Below the pieces are notes generated by a model. The model ran no database searches. It was not told the origin of the DNA and saw nothing but the letters and a program-made list of their open reading frames with translations. This document shows, in pieces, positions 19,705 to 28,290 of a stretch of 61,155 nucleotides of DNA. Location of the stretch: positions 1 through 61,155 of the forward strand of contig JBILEK010000005.1 in assembly GCA_044352155.1 (NCBI GenBank). The letters run 5' to 3'. The stretch is from Bdellovibrionia bacterium. GTDB lineage: Bacteria > Bdellovibrionota > UBA1018 > JBILEK01. The position numbers were made by a program, and so were the translations under genes. Within the stretch, counting starts at the first letter, position 1, and each line of letters begins with the position of its first letter.

Positions 19705-21824
19705 GCACGTCCCTCCGCGGATTTCTCTAGTGTGTTCTCAAGACGCGGAAGAATCACCTGAAAACTCGCAAATTTTCCCTCTTCGGTAGCTACCTCGATA
19801 CGGCCCGAGTGTGCTTCGACGATTTTCTGGCAGATCGAAAGCCCTAAACCCGTACCGCTTGGAGATGTCGTAAAAAAAGGAATAAAAAGCTTATCGAGAT
19901 TTTCTCTTTTGATCCCAGGCCCGTTGTCCTGGACCGTGACTCGTATCTGCTTACGCGCAGAGAGCTCAACTAAAATGACTTCGATTCGGCCTGAAGGAGC
20001 GTCTTTAAGTGCATTCAAACTGTTTTGAATGAGATTCAAAAAAACTTGTTGAAGCTGATCTGCCGCGGCTTTCACCATCATGGGTGATGGCGACTGGCTA
20101 AAAACAATCGAAATGTTTTCAGGCGTATTGGTGCGAATCAGCTCAAGCGTGCGCTCTAAAAGATTTCCTAAATTCACGCTCTGCATTTGGGTTGAAGTGG
20201 GTTTAGAGTAATCCAAAAACTCACTCACCACACGATTGAGCCGATCAACCTCTTCGATGATGATCCTTAGAAACCGACTCTCAGGTCGCTCAGTGGTCGG
20301 ATCAAGAAACTGCGCGGCACCTTTGATCGCACCCAGCGGGTTTCTGATCTCATGCGCTAGACCTGCAGCCATCACTCCGAGTGTAGCTAGACGCTCTTTC
20401 TCGCGTTGTCGAGCGTAGACATCGAGGTTTTGGAGCGTTTCTGAAACCGAGTCAAAATAAGGCTGAATCACTCGCAAAAAACCCCAGTTACTCCCCCAGC
20501 CTTCAGGAGGAGCCTCGACCTCGAGCGCCAAAAATGCAAGCACCTGCTGATCATCACTGAGAGGGATTAAGAGATTACAACCCAGAGCATGCATTGCTTC
20601 GATCAACCCACGATAACGCTCACGCTGGGTACGACTTGCCGAACGTGCAAGCTCGTTTTCGAGGATCTGCTCTAAGAGAATCGGAAACTCTCCTTTCTTG
20701 CGCATCATCTCCGCCTGCGCGAGGAGCGGATGATTTCTCAAAAGCTCTCGGGGCGCGTCAAAAGCTGCAGCACGCTCAGACTCAGGATAGCTCTCAACCC
20801 ACCGCACACGCTGGTAGCGCGTGCCTGCACTCTCGAGCATAAAAAACGCAGTCCGTGTGGGCCTTAAAACTTGATCGAGAAAGAGAAAGACTTCTTTGAC
20901 CAAGGCATCGCGATCCACAACGCCAATGAGTCTTCGCTGTGCGTCTCGCAGAGTTTGCTCAAGCTTTCGATTTTCTTGAGTCACAAATCGAGAGGCAAGA
21001 AAGCGCACAAATGCTTGCAAAGGGTCAAGCATCATCAGGAGCAAGAAAGAAAGAATAAAAGAATTCAAAAAGAAAATCGGAGTATTTCCCTCGATATACG
21101 CAAAAAGCAGCGAGTACACACCTGTCAAGATCAACGCCATGATCAGGACGATCAAGAATCGCGTGAGTAGAGCTCCGAAGTTAAGAAATCTCTGCTGCGT
21201 GATCGCTTGACTTAAGAAAAACAGATAAAACGTGAGGGCAATGTTTCCGATCGAGGGAATCACCGTGCCTAAAAACTTCACATGATCCATCACAGAAGTA
21301 GCGAGTACGATCCATGAGCCAAAATAAATCAGCGTACGGCGACCTAAACCACTGCCCAACCCCACTAAGCGCGGAATGCGCTTGAGATTGCCTTTAAACT
21401 TTTGATCAAACCAGATGAGCTGAAAGGTTTGCAAAAAAATCACACTCGGCGCAAAGATCACTAAGTTCGAGACCCAAGGCTGCGAATCAAGATCAAGGAT
21501 CACTGCGGCAGTTAGTCCAATCGCTCCAAAGAGCGAGAGATCAAACAAGCGTCGCGAGAACAGATCCTGCGAGCGACTGAGCACTCGGATGAACGAGAGC
21601 CCCAAAGGAGCAAGCCAAACGTTCATGATCAGATGTGCGCGATAAAAAAAGCCATATCCGACCAAGCGCTCTAAAAAAAAACTCAGCGCCCAGAGGCTCA
21701 CCCCAAAACAAACAAATGCGTAAGCAAGAAAGAGCTTGTTTCGGATGTTGCGTGTCAGCACCGAGCTCCCTAAGCCGAGACTCACGACGCCCACCAAAAG
21801 CGCAGACTGCCCTAAAAGATCCAT
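19701..21824 (-). CDS. Multi-TM sensor histidine kinase
   Basis: About 8 N-terminal TMs, GAF-like region, AHEIRNPL H-box, N/G1/F/G2 boxes; overlaps the response regulator gene. Confidence 0.92.
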   Translation of the reverse strand: MDLLGQSALLVGVVSLGLGSSVLTRNIRNKLFLAYAFVCFGVSLWALSFFLERLVGYGFFYRAHLIMNVWLAPLGLSFIRVLSRSQDLFSRRLFDLSLFGAIGLTAAVILDLDSQPWVSNLVIFAPSVIFLQTFQLIWFDQKFKGNLKRIPRLVGLGSGLGRRTLIYFGSWIVLATSVMDHVKFLGTVIPSIGNIALTFYLFFLSQAITQQRFLNFGALLTRFLIVLIMALILTGVYSLLFAYIEGNTPIFFLNSFILSFLLLMMLDPLQAFVRFLASRFVTQENRKLEQTLRDAQRRLIGVVDRDALVKEVFLFLDQVLRPTRTAFFMLESAGTRYQRVRWVESYPESERAAAFDAPRELLRNHPLLAQAEMMRKKGEFPILLEQILENELARSASRTQRERYRGLIEAMHALGCNLLIPLSDDQQVLAFLALEVEAPPEGWGSNWGFLRVIQPYFDSVSETLQNLDVYARQREKERLATLGVMAAGLAHEIRNPLGAIKGAAQFLDPTTERPESRFLRIIIEEVDRLNRVVSEFLDYSKPTSTQMQSVNLGNLLERTLELIRTNTPENISIVFSQSPSPMMVKAAADQLQQVFLNLIQNSLNALKDAPSGRIEVILVELSARKQIRVTVQDNGPGIKRENLDKLFIPFFTTSPSGTGLGLSICQKIVEAHSGRIEVATEEGKFASFQVILPRLENTLEKSAEGRA

Positions 21825-21962
21825 GAGATTCGAGAGATACCATCGTTATTGCCGCGCCGCAATTCGAGCGTCAAAAAGCGCACTTCGCAACTTTCTTTGG
21901 GAGAGTGTGGACTTTAAAATCCACTCAATCGTCACGCGACTATAGCCGAAACGACTATCAGT

Positions 21963-22508
21963 ATGGCGAACTCTCCTCCGTCCCGTAAGCTTCGGATCAA
22001 CCCCCTGGAAATGGGGATATTCCTCACGATCGCGCTGGTTTTTGCTCATTCGCTTTACCAGCTTTTTTTCGACTTTAGCCAAGTGAAAACTCAGGTCGTC
22101 AGCGTCAATAACCAGCCCATCACGCGTCGCCCGGCTTCCATCACCCAGGAAACGAGCACTCCCCCTGAGACGACTCGCGAACCCACGGCAACCGACTTTG
22201 TGAATCTCGAGATCCCATGTGCGATCAAAGGATCTCAAAAAACAAACGCAAACCAAGTCCGTCTTGGCGGTCCGATTTGTAGCGAAGGAGCTGCTTTGGA
22301 CCCTCGAAAACTCATCAAAACCGAGATCGTAAACCAAGCGAACAAATCTTCAGCCACAGTCTACACTGATATCAGCGCTGGAAAGTTTCTGACCAACTAT
22401 ATTCCGCTCAATACGGGCGAGAATCCGATTTTAATTCAGTTTATCTACTCTGGCGGAAAAACTGTGACCAACAAGCTCGTCGTCGTCAAAGACGCCTCAG
22501 CGCCATAA
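21963..22508 (+). CDS. Hypothetical membrane-anchored protein
   Basis: N-terminal TM, RRPAS linker, beta-rich C-terminal domain with two Cys. Confidence 0.65.
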   Translation: MANSPPSRKLRINPLEMGIFLTIALVFAHSLYQLFFDFSQVKTQVVSVNNQPITRRPASITQETSTPPETTREPTATDFVNLEIPCAIKGSQKTNANQVRLGGPICSEGAALDPRKLIKTEIVNQANKSSATVYTDISAGKFLTNYIPLNTGENPILIQFIYSGGKTVTNKLVVVKDASAP

Positions 22509-22529
22509 CTCTTGCGATCGGCTTGCGCT

Positions 22530-23417
22530 TTAAAACTGCAATCCGTATTCGAGTTGCAACTTTTGCTCGCCACCACTGGGGAGACCCGAGCGCACTGGAT
22601 CACTGCCTCTGGAGTCAGACACCTCGACCCGCACATGGGGGCTGAGCGCCTTTTTAAGTGCTGTTCTCGTGCGGGTACTCTGCACTCCATAAGAGAGGCT
22701 TGAACTGAGGTCTAAAGTGGGCAAGTCCTTGGATACGGAGAGCACGTAGCGCTCATCAATCGCTGCAAGTCCACCGCGCGAAGAGATCGACCAAGGATCA
22801 AAACCACTCCTTTTTCCGAGCTGCACATCAAAAGCCCCGCTCACGAGCGGAGTACTCATCCAGATCTGCCCACGCTGAGCGGGGAGATCAGTTCGCGTCC
22901 CCATTTTCATCTGCTCAGCAACACTGACGCTCGTCGATCCCTTGGCAATTGCACCGACTGACTCGTGCACCGAGCGAAAAGTGCGCACATCCTCGGAGTG
23001 ATTCTCCGCTTTTTTAAGTCCCTCGCTGAGCTGATAGGCCATGATCGAGCGCATGTACACTCCGCTAAACTCGCTCATGCGACTCATCTGCGCTTGCTCG
23101 TCTGAGAGATCGAGCTGCCGGTAAAGCTGTTTGCGCTCATACTCGCGCGTGAGATCCAGATAGCGCTGCTTCATTTGGGCTTGTGTTCTCTCTGGGAGCG
23201 CACGCGCGCTCCAAGCACCATCCTCCGACTCAACTTGAGGGAGCGAGGACAGATAGGAGCCATTCGGGAGATAAGTGCCGCTCGCAAGTTCGCCCTTCCA
23301 CGCAGGAGCAAGCACGCGCATACTTCGAGCAGGCGTTGGAGCTGCCCAAACAAAAGCGCAAGGCAGCATCCACTGAAGAGTGATCAGAATCGCGCTCAGT
23401 CCACCCATACGACTCAT
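22530..23417 (-). CDS. Hypothetical exported protein, possible outer-membrane C-terminal beta strands
   Basis: Signal peptide; ends LQLEYGLQF with terminal Phe. Confidence 0.6.
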   Translation of the reverse strand: MSRMGGLSAILITLQWMLPCAFVWAAPTPARSMRVLAPAWKGELASGTYLPNGSYLSSLPQVESEDGAWSARALPERTQAQMKQRYLDLTREYERKQLYRQLDLSDEQAQMSRMSEFSGVYMRSIMAYQLSEGLKKAENHSEDVRTFRSVHESVGAIAKGSTSVSVAEQMKMGTRTDLPAQRGQIWMSTPLVSGAFDVQLGKRSGFDPWSISSRGGLAAIDERYVLSVSKDLPTLDLSSSLSYGVQSTRTRTALKKALSPHVRVEVSDSRGSDPVRSGLPSGGEQKLQLEYGLQF

Positions 23418-23514
23418 GGCAGCCTCACTTTCTCCCCTCACTTAAGCCTTGCTTTGGGGAGACTAGGTTCTACCACCACGGTTGCGATGCGTCAAACCGA
23501 GCAAAAACAAATGA

Positions 23515-23527
23515 TATCAAACACTTA
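23515..23527 (+). promoter_or_regulatory. IHF-like binding site
   Basis: TATCAAACACTTA is a perfect WATCAANNNNTTR match in an intergenic region. Confidence 0.5.
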
Positions 23528-23541
23528 AGCGGAGCCCTAAC

Positions 23542-24219
23542 TTAGACAAGGGGTACGCCAAAGGCCAGAAAAAAGAGCCAAACCGCAAACCCCGAAACCA
23601 CCGGGATCGTGAAGTTATCATCGATCTCAAGCGGCACCATCTCAGCCAAACCGCCCGCAAGCCCGGACAGAAGCGTAAGCGCAACCCAACTCCCTAAACC
23701 AAGGTCAAGTGGCGCAAGCACTGCCCCAGCCACGAGCGCACAAACAAGCACTCCAGCCGAGGTCCCAATCAAGGACTTGCCGTTTGAAAAACGAATGCTG
23801 CGATCTCCATACAGATTTCCAACCAGAGAAGCTGCAGGGTCCCCACACGCCAAAAACAGAAGAGCAAGGACCGTTACCGTTTTGGGAAAAATCAGGACCG
23901 CAATAATTGCCGCAGCTAAGTAATAAGGAACGCCGCTTAAGCGACTTTCTTCGCCCCGACGCATGATTGCTCCAAGAGTCCTCAACGCAATCGCATTGAT
24001 CCTCGGATTACGGAGGCGCAACATTTCGATGCCAAAAAACATCAGAAAGAAAAAACCCAAGACCGACGCACCCGTTGTGCGTGACATTCCTGTGCCGGTG
24101 TAAATCAGGACGATCGCCATCCCCATCGTAAAGTGCCAAAGTTTGCGCAGCAGATGAAGATCGCTCCGTAACGCCAAAGTCGATCCGGCGGCGTGGGACT
24201 GGTTTTTAGACCTCTGCAT
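23542..24219 (-). CDS. CTP-dependent diacylglycerol/polyprenol (dolichol/phytol) kinase family
   Basis: RKLWH, GDPAASLVG, KSLIG, DDNFTIP motifs; multi-TM. Confidence 0.82.
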   Translation of the reverse strand: MQRSKNQSHAAGSTLALRSDLHLLRKLWHFTMGMAIVLIYTGTGMSRTTGASVLGFFFLMFFGIEMLRLRNPRINAIALRTLGAIMRRGEESRLSGVPYYLAAAIIAVLIFPKTVTVLALLFLACGDPAASLVGNLYGDRSIRFSNGKSLIGTSAGVLVCALVAGAVLAPLDLGLGSWVALTLLSGLAGGLAEMVPLEIDDNFTIPVVSGFAVWLFFLAFGVPLV

Positions 24220-24540
24220 GTCTTTAGTTCTCCCTCACTTTTGGTCTACCCGCATTATACAGAGCAAACCAGATGCCAGAGCGACCGAAAATCGGACTAA
24301 AAAGCGTCACCCTTCTAACGCTAAATACCCATGCGTTTCGGTAGGTTAGCCCCTGCCACTCTTTGGCAGCGGAGGCGCAACGCGCAATATCGGAGTAAAG
24401 CATTTTAAAACGGGAAGCCCAGTTCGCGCCTATCGCAAGGGGTGCGTACAAAACTACGCGGCGAACTTTGCCCATTGCTTTGCCCTCTCTTAGGCGAAAT
24501 CCTTAGAGAATCTCCATGGACGGAGAAAGGACGAGGAAGG

Positions 24541-25620
24541 ATGACTTTTCCAAACGAACGCGCGGAGCGCACGGTTTCTTTAAAGGTTCCAGACCCATTC
24601 GACCTCCCAAATCCTCCCATTGCTGAGCCTGGAGAGCACCCTCAACGCTCAGCAAGCGAAGATAATCCTTTTGAACACATCGCAATTCCACCCACCAGTC
24701 GCGTTAAGCAGATCTGGGCAATCGGCGGCGGAAAAGGCGGCGTGGGCAAAAGTCTGATCTCATCCAACCTCGCCATCGCTCTTTCGCGCTTAGGCAACAA
24801 AGTCATCGCAGCAGATCTCGATTTGGGGGGAGCGAATCTTCACACCACACTTGGCGCCGGACTACCCAAGCAGACGCTGAGTGATTTCTTAAGTCATCGC
24901 ACGGAATCGCTCCAAGATTGCGTAAGCCAAAGCGGGATTCCTAATCTCGAAATCCTAAGCGGCGCTCAAGACTCTATCCATGTTGCCAATCTAGAGCCCG
25001 CAGATAAAATCCGACTCCTACAAAAAGCGCGTGACCTTGATGCTGATTATCTTGTCTTTGATTTAGGAGCAGGCACTTCAACGAACACGCTCGATTTCTT
25101 TCTGTATGCTGACGTTGGAGTAATTGTGCTTCTTCCGGAGCCCACCTCGATCGAGAACGCGTATCGTTTCATCAAAAGCGCCTACTACCGACGACTCTCG
25201 GTCTCTCCGCGACTCAAAAAAGTACGCCACCTGATCGAGATCGCAATGGATACAAAAAACGAGAACGGGATTCGCACTCCGTCGGACTTGTTTCGCGAGG
25301 TCAACGCTTTTGATCCTGAAACCGGGATTCACTTAAAAGAAGAGATCGAGAAGTTTCGACTCAAGCTGATTGTGAATCAAGCTCGCACACAAACGGATGT
25401 GGATATCGGCTTTTCCGTCAAAAGTGTGTGCAAAAAGTACTTCGGCATTGAGGTCGACTACATCGGTTATCTCGACTACGACAGTGCCGTTTGGCAAGCC
25501 GTGCGGCGAAAACGCCCGCTACTTCTCGAGTTTCCGAACTCACAACTGGTCTCAAGTCTTGAGCGAATCTCCAACTACTTAGTGCGCCGGTACGGGCATA
25601 TCCGGAATCAGATTTTCTGA
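24541..25620 (+). CDS. MinD/FlhG(FleN)-like P-loop ATPase
   Basis: Deviant Walker [37 protein letters not shown]; RBS GAGGAAGG. Confidence 0.85.
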   Translation: MTFPNERAERTVSLKVPDPFDLPNPPIAEPGEHPQRSASEDNPFEHIAIPPTSRVKQIWAIGGGKGGVGKSLISSNLAIALSRLGNKVIAADLDLGGANLHTTLGAGLPKQTLSDFLSHRTESLQDCVSQSGIPNLEILSGAQDSIHVANLEPADKIRLLQKARDLDADYLVFDLGAGTSTNTLDFFLYADVGVIVLLPEPTSIENAYRFIKSAYYRRLSVSPRLKKVRHLIEIAMDTKNENGIRTPSDLFREVNAFDPETGIHLKEEIEKFRLKLIVNQARTQTDVDIGFSVKSVCKKYFGIEVDYIGYLDYDSAVWQAVRRKRPLLLEFPNSQLVSSLERISNYLVRRYGHIRNQIF

Positions 25621-25631
25621 ACGGTGCTACC

Positions 25632-26435
25632 ATGCCCAAAAAACCCACACTCGTCCTTGGTGATCGCTCGACCTTGTATGACTTGCTTGAGCTTCCGCCA
25701 GACTGCTCCCCTCAGGAGATTCTGGAATCGTATTTACGATTGAAGTCCGCTTTCGACAAAAACAGCTTGGCGCTCTACAGCTTGGTTTCAAAAGATGAGA
25801 CAGAAGATGTCCTAAAGCAGATCGAGGACGCCTATCAGATCCTCTCTCATCCCGAAAAAAGAAAAGAATACGATCGCACATTTAATCTTGGCCCCGAGGA
25901 ACGGCGCTTCGAGCCACCGGTGGGCGTGAAAAACTCACGGAAAATAATCTCGATCGATCGCGTCCCGCCGATGCAAGCTGACGCCTCTGCTGAAGAGCTC
26001 CTTGAGGCGCCTACAACTGATTTCTCCAACTCTCCGTCGCAGACAAGAGGACAAAGCCTATTCTCCCCTCCCCCGCTCCCTGCTGCTGAGCCATCCGAAA
26101 GCGAGGCCGAAGCTGAGCTGATCCAAAGTCCCATGGCGCCGCCGAACATCGGTGAGCTTGAGCGAGCGATCGAGAGTGAGCTTGAGTGGAAGGGAGAGTT
26201 TATCAAAAGAATTCGAGAAACTCGTCGGATCTCAATCGATGAGCTCTCTGAGTTCACGCGAATCTCAAAAAGCTATCTTAAGGCAATTGAAGATGAGAAC
26301 TACGCCCATCTGCCGGCGGCTGTTTTCTTGCGCGGCTTTATAGTACAAGTCGCTAAGAAGCTAAAAATCCCGCATGAAAAAGTCGCAAACGCCTATATCG
26401 CTCGTTACCGATCCCAGCGCCCCGAAAAAACATAA
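25632..26435 (+). CDS. J-like domain plus RodZ-type HTH protein
   Basis: LYDLLEL...IEDAYQILSHPEKRKEYD J-domain frame without HPD; C-terminal HTH (ISKSYLKAIEDENYAHLPAAVFLRGF). Confidence 0.75.
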   Translation: MPKKPTLVLGDRSTLYDLLELPPDCSPQEILESYLRLKSAFDKNSLALYSLVSKDETEDVLKQIEDAYQILSHPEKRKEYDRTFNLGPEERRFEPPVGVKNSRKIISIDRVPPMQADASAEELLEAPTTDFSNSPSQTRGQSLFSPPPLPAAEPSESEAEAELIQSPMAPPNIGELERAIESELEWKGEFIKRIRETRRISIDELSEFTRISKSYLKAIEDENYAHLPAAVFLRGFIVQVAKKLKIPHEKVANAYIARYRSQRPEKT

Positions 26436-27477
26436 GTCTCTTGCTGCGCGCGCGACGTTTGAAGTTCTCTCACCTCATTCAGACGAGCGCCTCGATAAGC
26501 TGCTCATGACACTTTTACGCGCTGGCCTAGGACATCTTGATCCTCCACTCGAGGAGCTTCGACAAAGCTCGCGATCACAACTTCAGCGACTGATTGAACA
26601 AGGTCATGTTCACATCGACGGCGCACCTGCGCTGTCTCGAAGCAAAGTCTCCCTAGGCTCAAAAATCCAGATCCAATTCCCCGAGCCTGAGTCACTTGAG
26701 CTCACGCCTGAGAACATGGAGCTTGAGATCCTTTTTGAAGATGAACACCTTCTTGTTCTCAATAAGCCGCAAGGCCTAACCGTCCACCCTTCAGAGACGC
26801 AAAAAACAGGAACACTCGTTCATGGGTTGCTCGCTCGGGAGGGCTCACTCTCTGGGATCGGCGGTAAGCTGCGCCCAGGGATTGTGCATCGTCTCGACAA
26901 AGACACCAGTGGGGTACTGCTGATCACTAAATCGGACCTTGCACACACACGGATGAGCGAGGTTTTTGCGCAACATCGACTCGAGCGCCGCTACTGGGCA
27001 CTTTGTTACGGAGTACCAAAGTTTCCCGATGGACGCTCTGATGGACGGCTCATCACTCCAATCGGTCGGCACCCGACTGATCGTAAACGAATGAGCACTC
27101 AAGTGGAGCGAGGGCGAGAGGCGATCACCGATGTAAGAGTCCTTGCTTGTTTTAGAAGTCCGCACACTGCAGTGGCCTCATGGATTGAAGCACGACTCGA
27201 AACCGGGCGCACGCATCAAGTCCGCGTCCATCTCGCCCACCTCGGCGCCAGTGTTTTGGGTGACCCCCTCTACGGAGTGCCTTCGACACGCGCTCATAAG
27301 TGGACTTCACTGCCATTAGGCGTACAAACTCAGATCCGAGCGCTCCCTGGACAAGCTCTGCACGCAAGAATGCTCGCTTTTAAGCATCCTATCAGTGGCA
27401 AGGATCTGCATTTTGAGGGAGAAGCTCCAACTCAGTTTTTGAAGCTCCTTGGCGCACTTCAGGAGATTAAGTCATGA
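26374..27477 (+). CDS. rluD: RluA-family 23S rRNA pseudouridine synthase
   Basis: S4 domain, NKPQGLTVHP, HRLDKDTSG, GRTHQVRVH; start codon uncertain. Confidence 0.9.
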   Translation: MKKSQTPISLVTDPSAPKKHKSLAARATFEVLSPHSDERLDKLLMTLLRAGLGHLDPPLEELRQSSRSQLQRLIEQGHVHIDGAPALSRSKVSLGSKIQIQFPEPESLELTPENMELEILFEDEHLLVLNKPQGLTVHPSETQKTGTLVHGLLAREGSLSGIGGKLRPGIVHRLDKDTSGVLLITKSDLAHTRMSEVFAQHRLERRYWALCYGVPKFPDGRSDGRLITPIGRHPTDRKRMSTQVERGREAITDVRVLACFRSPHTAVASWIEARLETGRTHQVRVHLAHLGASVLGDPLYGVPSTRAHKWTSLPLGVQTQIRALPGQALHARMLAFKHPISGKDLHFEGEAPTQFLKLLGALQEIKS

Positions 27478-28139
27478 CGTTGACGACTGAGCTTCCGAGC
27501 GCATTTTCTAATGCAAAGCTCGGTTACGGATTTGGGACCCAAGAGAGTCCGATACCCGAAAAACTCCTATCAACTTGGGAGCAGCGGCGTCCACTGTGGA
27601 ATCAAGTTCACGGCACAGGGATCGCTGTGATTTGCGTACCAAAACAAGAGTGTGGAAATGCAGATGCGCTTCTCACCTTTGAATCCGAACTCCCCATCGC
27701 CGTACGGACTGCGGACTGCGTCCCGATCCTGCTTGCGCGTGAGGACGGCGAGGGGCTCGCAGCAGTTCATGCAGGATGGCGAGGCACTCATGCCGAGATT
27801 CTCCAAGTCTTCGGCACAGAGCTTCGCTCACGCGGAGAGAACCTCAAGCGTTGGCAAGCGCTCATCGGACCCTCGATTGGACCCTGCTGCTATGAGGTGA
27901 GTGAGGAGCTTGCGGGTGAGTTTAAAAAAAAATTTGGCAAAGAAAGCTCTCCCGCTCCTCGCAGGCTTGACCTTCAACTCACGAACGCCATGATTCTGTC
28001 GCGCCAAGGCTTTGGCGAGAGCAAAATTTTGCGCATTTGTACGCACTGCGCTCACGATGCTAAGGGCTGGATCTATAGCAGTTTTCGCCGCGACGGCACT
28101 GCAACAAGACAGCACTCAGGACTCATCCGGGCGCGCTAA
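27474..28139 (+). CDS. pgeF: PgeF/YfiH family protein
   Basis: QVHG, TADCVPIL, HAGWRG, GPSIGPCCYEV; classic rluD-yfiH pairing. Confidence 0.9.
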   Translation: MTLTTELPSAFSNAKLGYGFGTQESPIPEKLLSTWEQRRPLWNQVHGTGIAVICVPKQECGNADALLTFESELPIAVRTADCVPILLAREDGEGLAAVHAGWRGTHAEILQVFGTELRSRGENLKRWQALIGPSIGPCCYEVSEELAGEFKKKFGKESSPAPRRLDLQLTNAMILSRQGFGESKILRICTHCAHDAKGWIYSSFRRDGTATRQHSGLIRAR

Positions 28140-28212
28140 TATCGAAGGATTCTCTGGGTTTGCAACGACACGCTCCAGTCATCTGAGTCCGTTGAATTAA
28201 ATTAAAAACTCT

Positions 28213-28240
28213 TAAAGCGTACCTCCGAAAGCGCCGAACT
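28213..28240 (+). promoter_or_regulatory. Putative FliA/sigma28-type promoter of lon
   Basis: TAAA-N16-GCCGAACT, 50 nt upstream of the ATG. Confidence 0.4.
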
Positions 28241-28290
28241 GAACCTTGGAGCGAGTGAAAGACGCTCTAAAACAGCGCGGAGGGATTTGA

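Noticed and set aside
24400-24490. c-di-GMP-I riboswitch (GGCAAA plus stem on the minus strand)
   Set aside because: Lacks the GAAA tetraloop and the following GACGCAAAG segment
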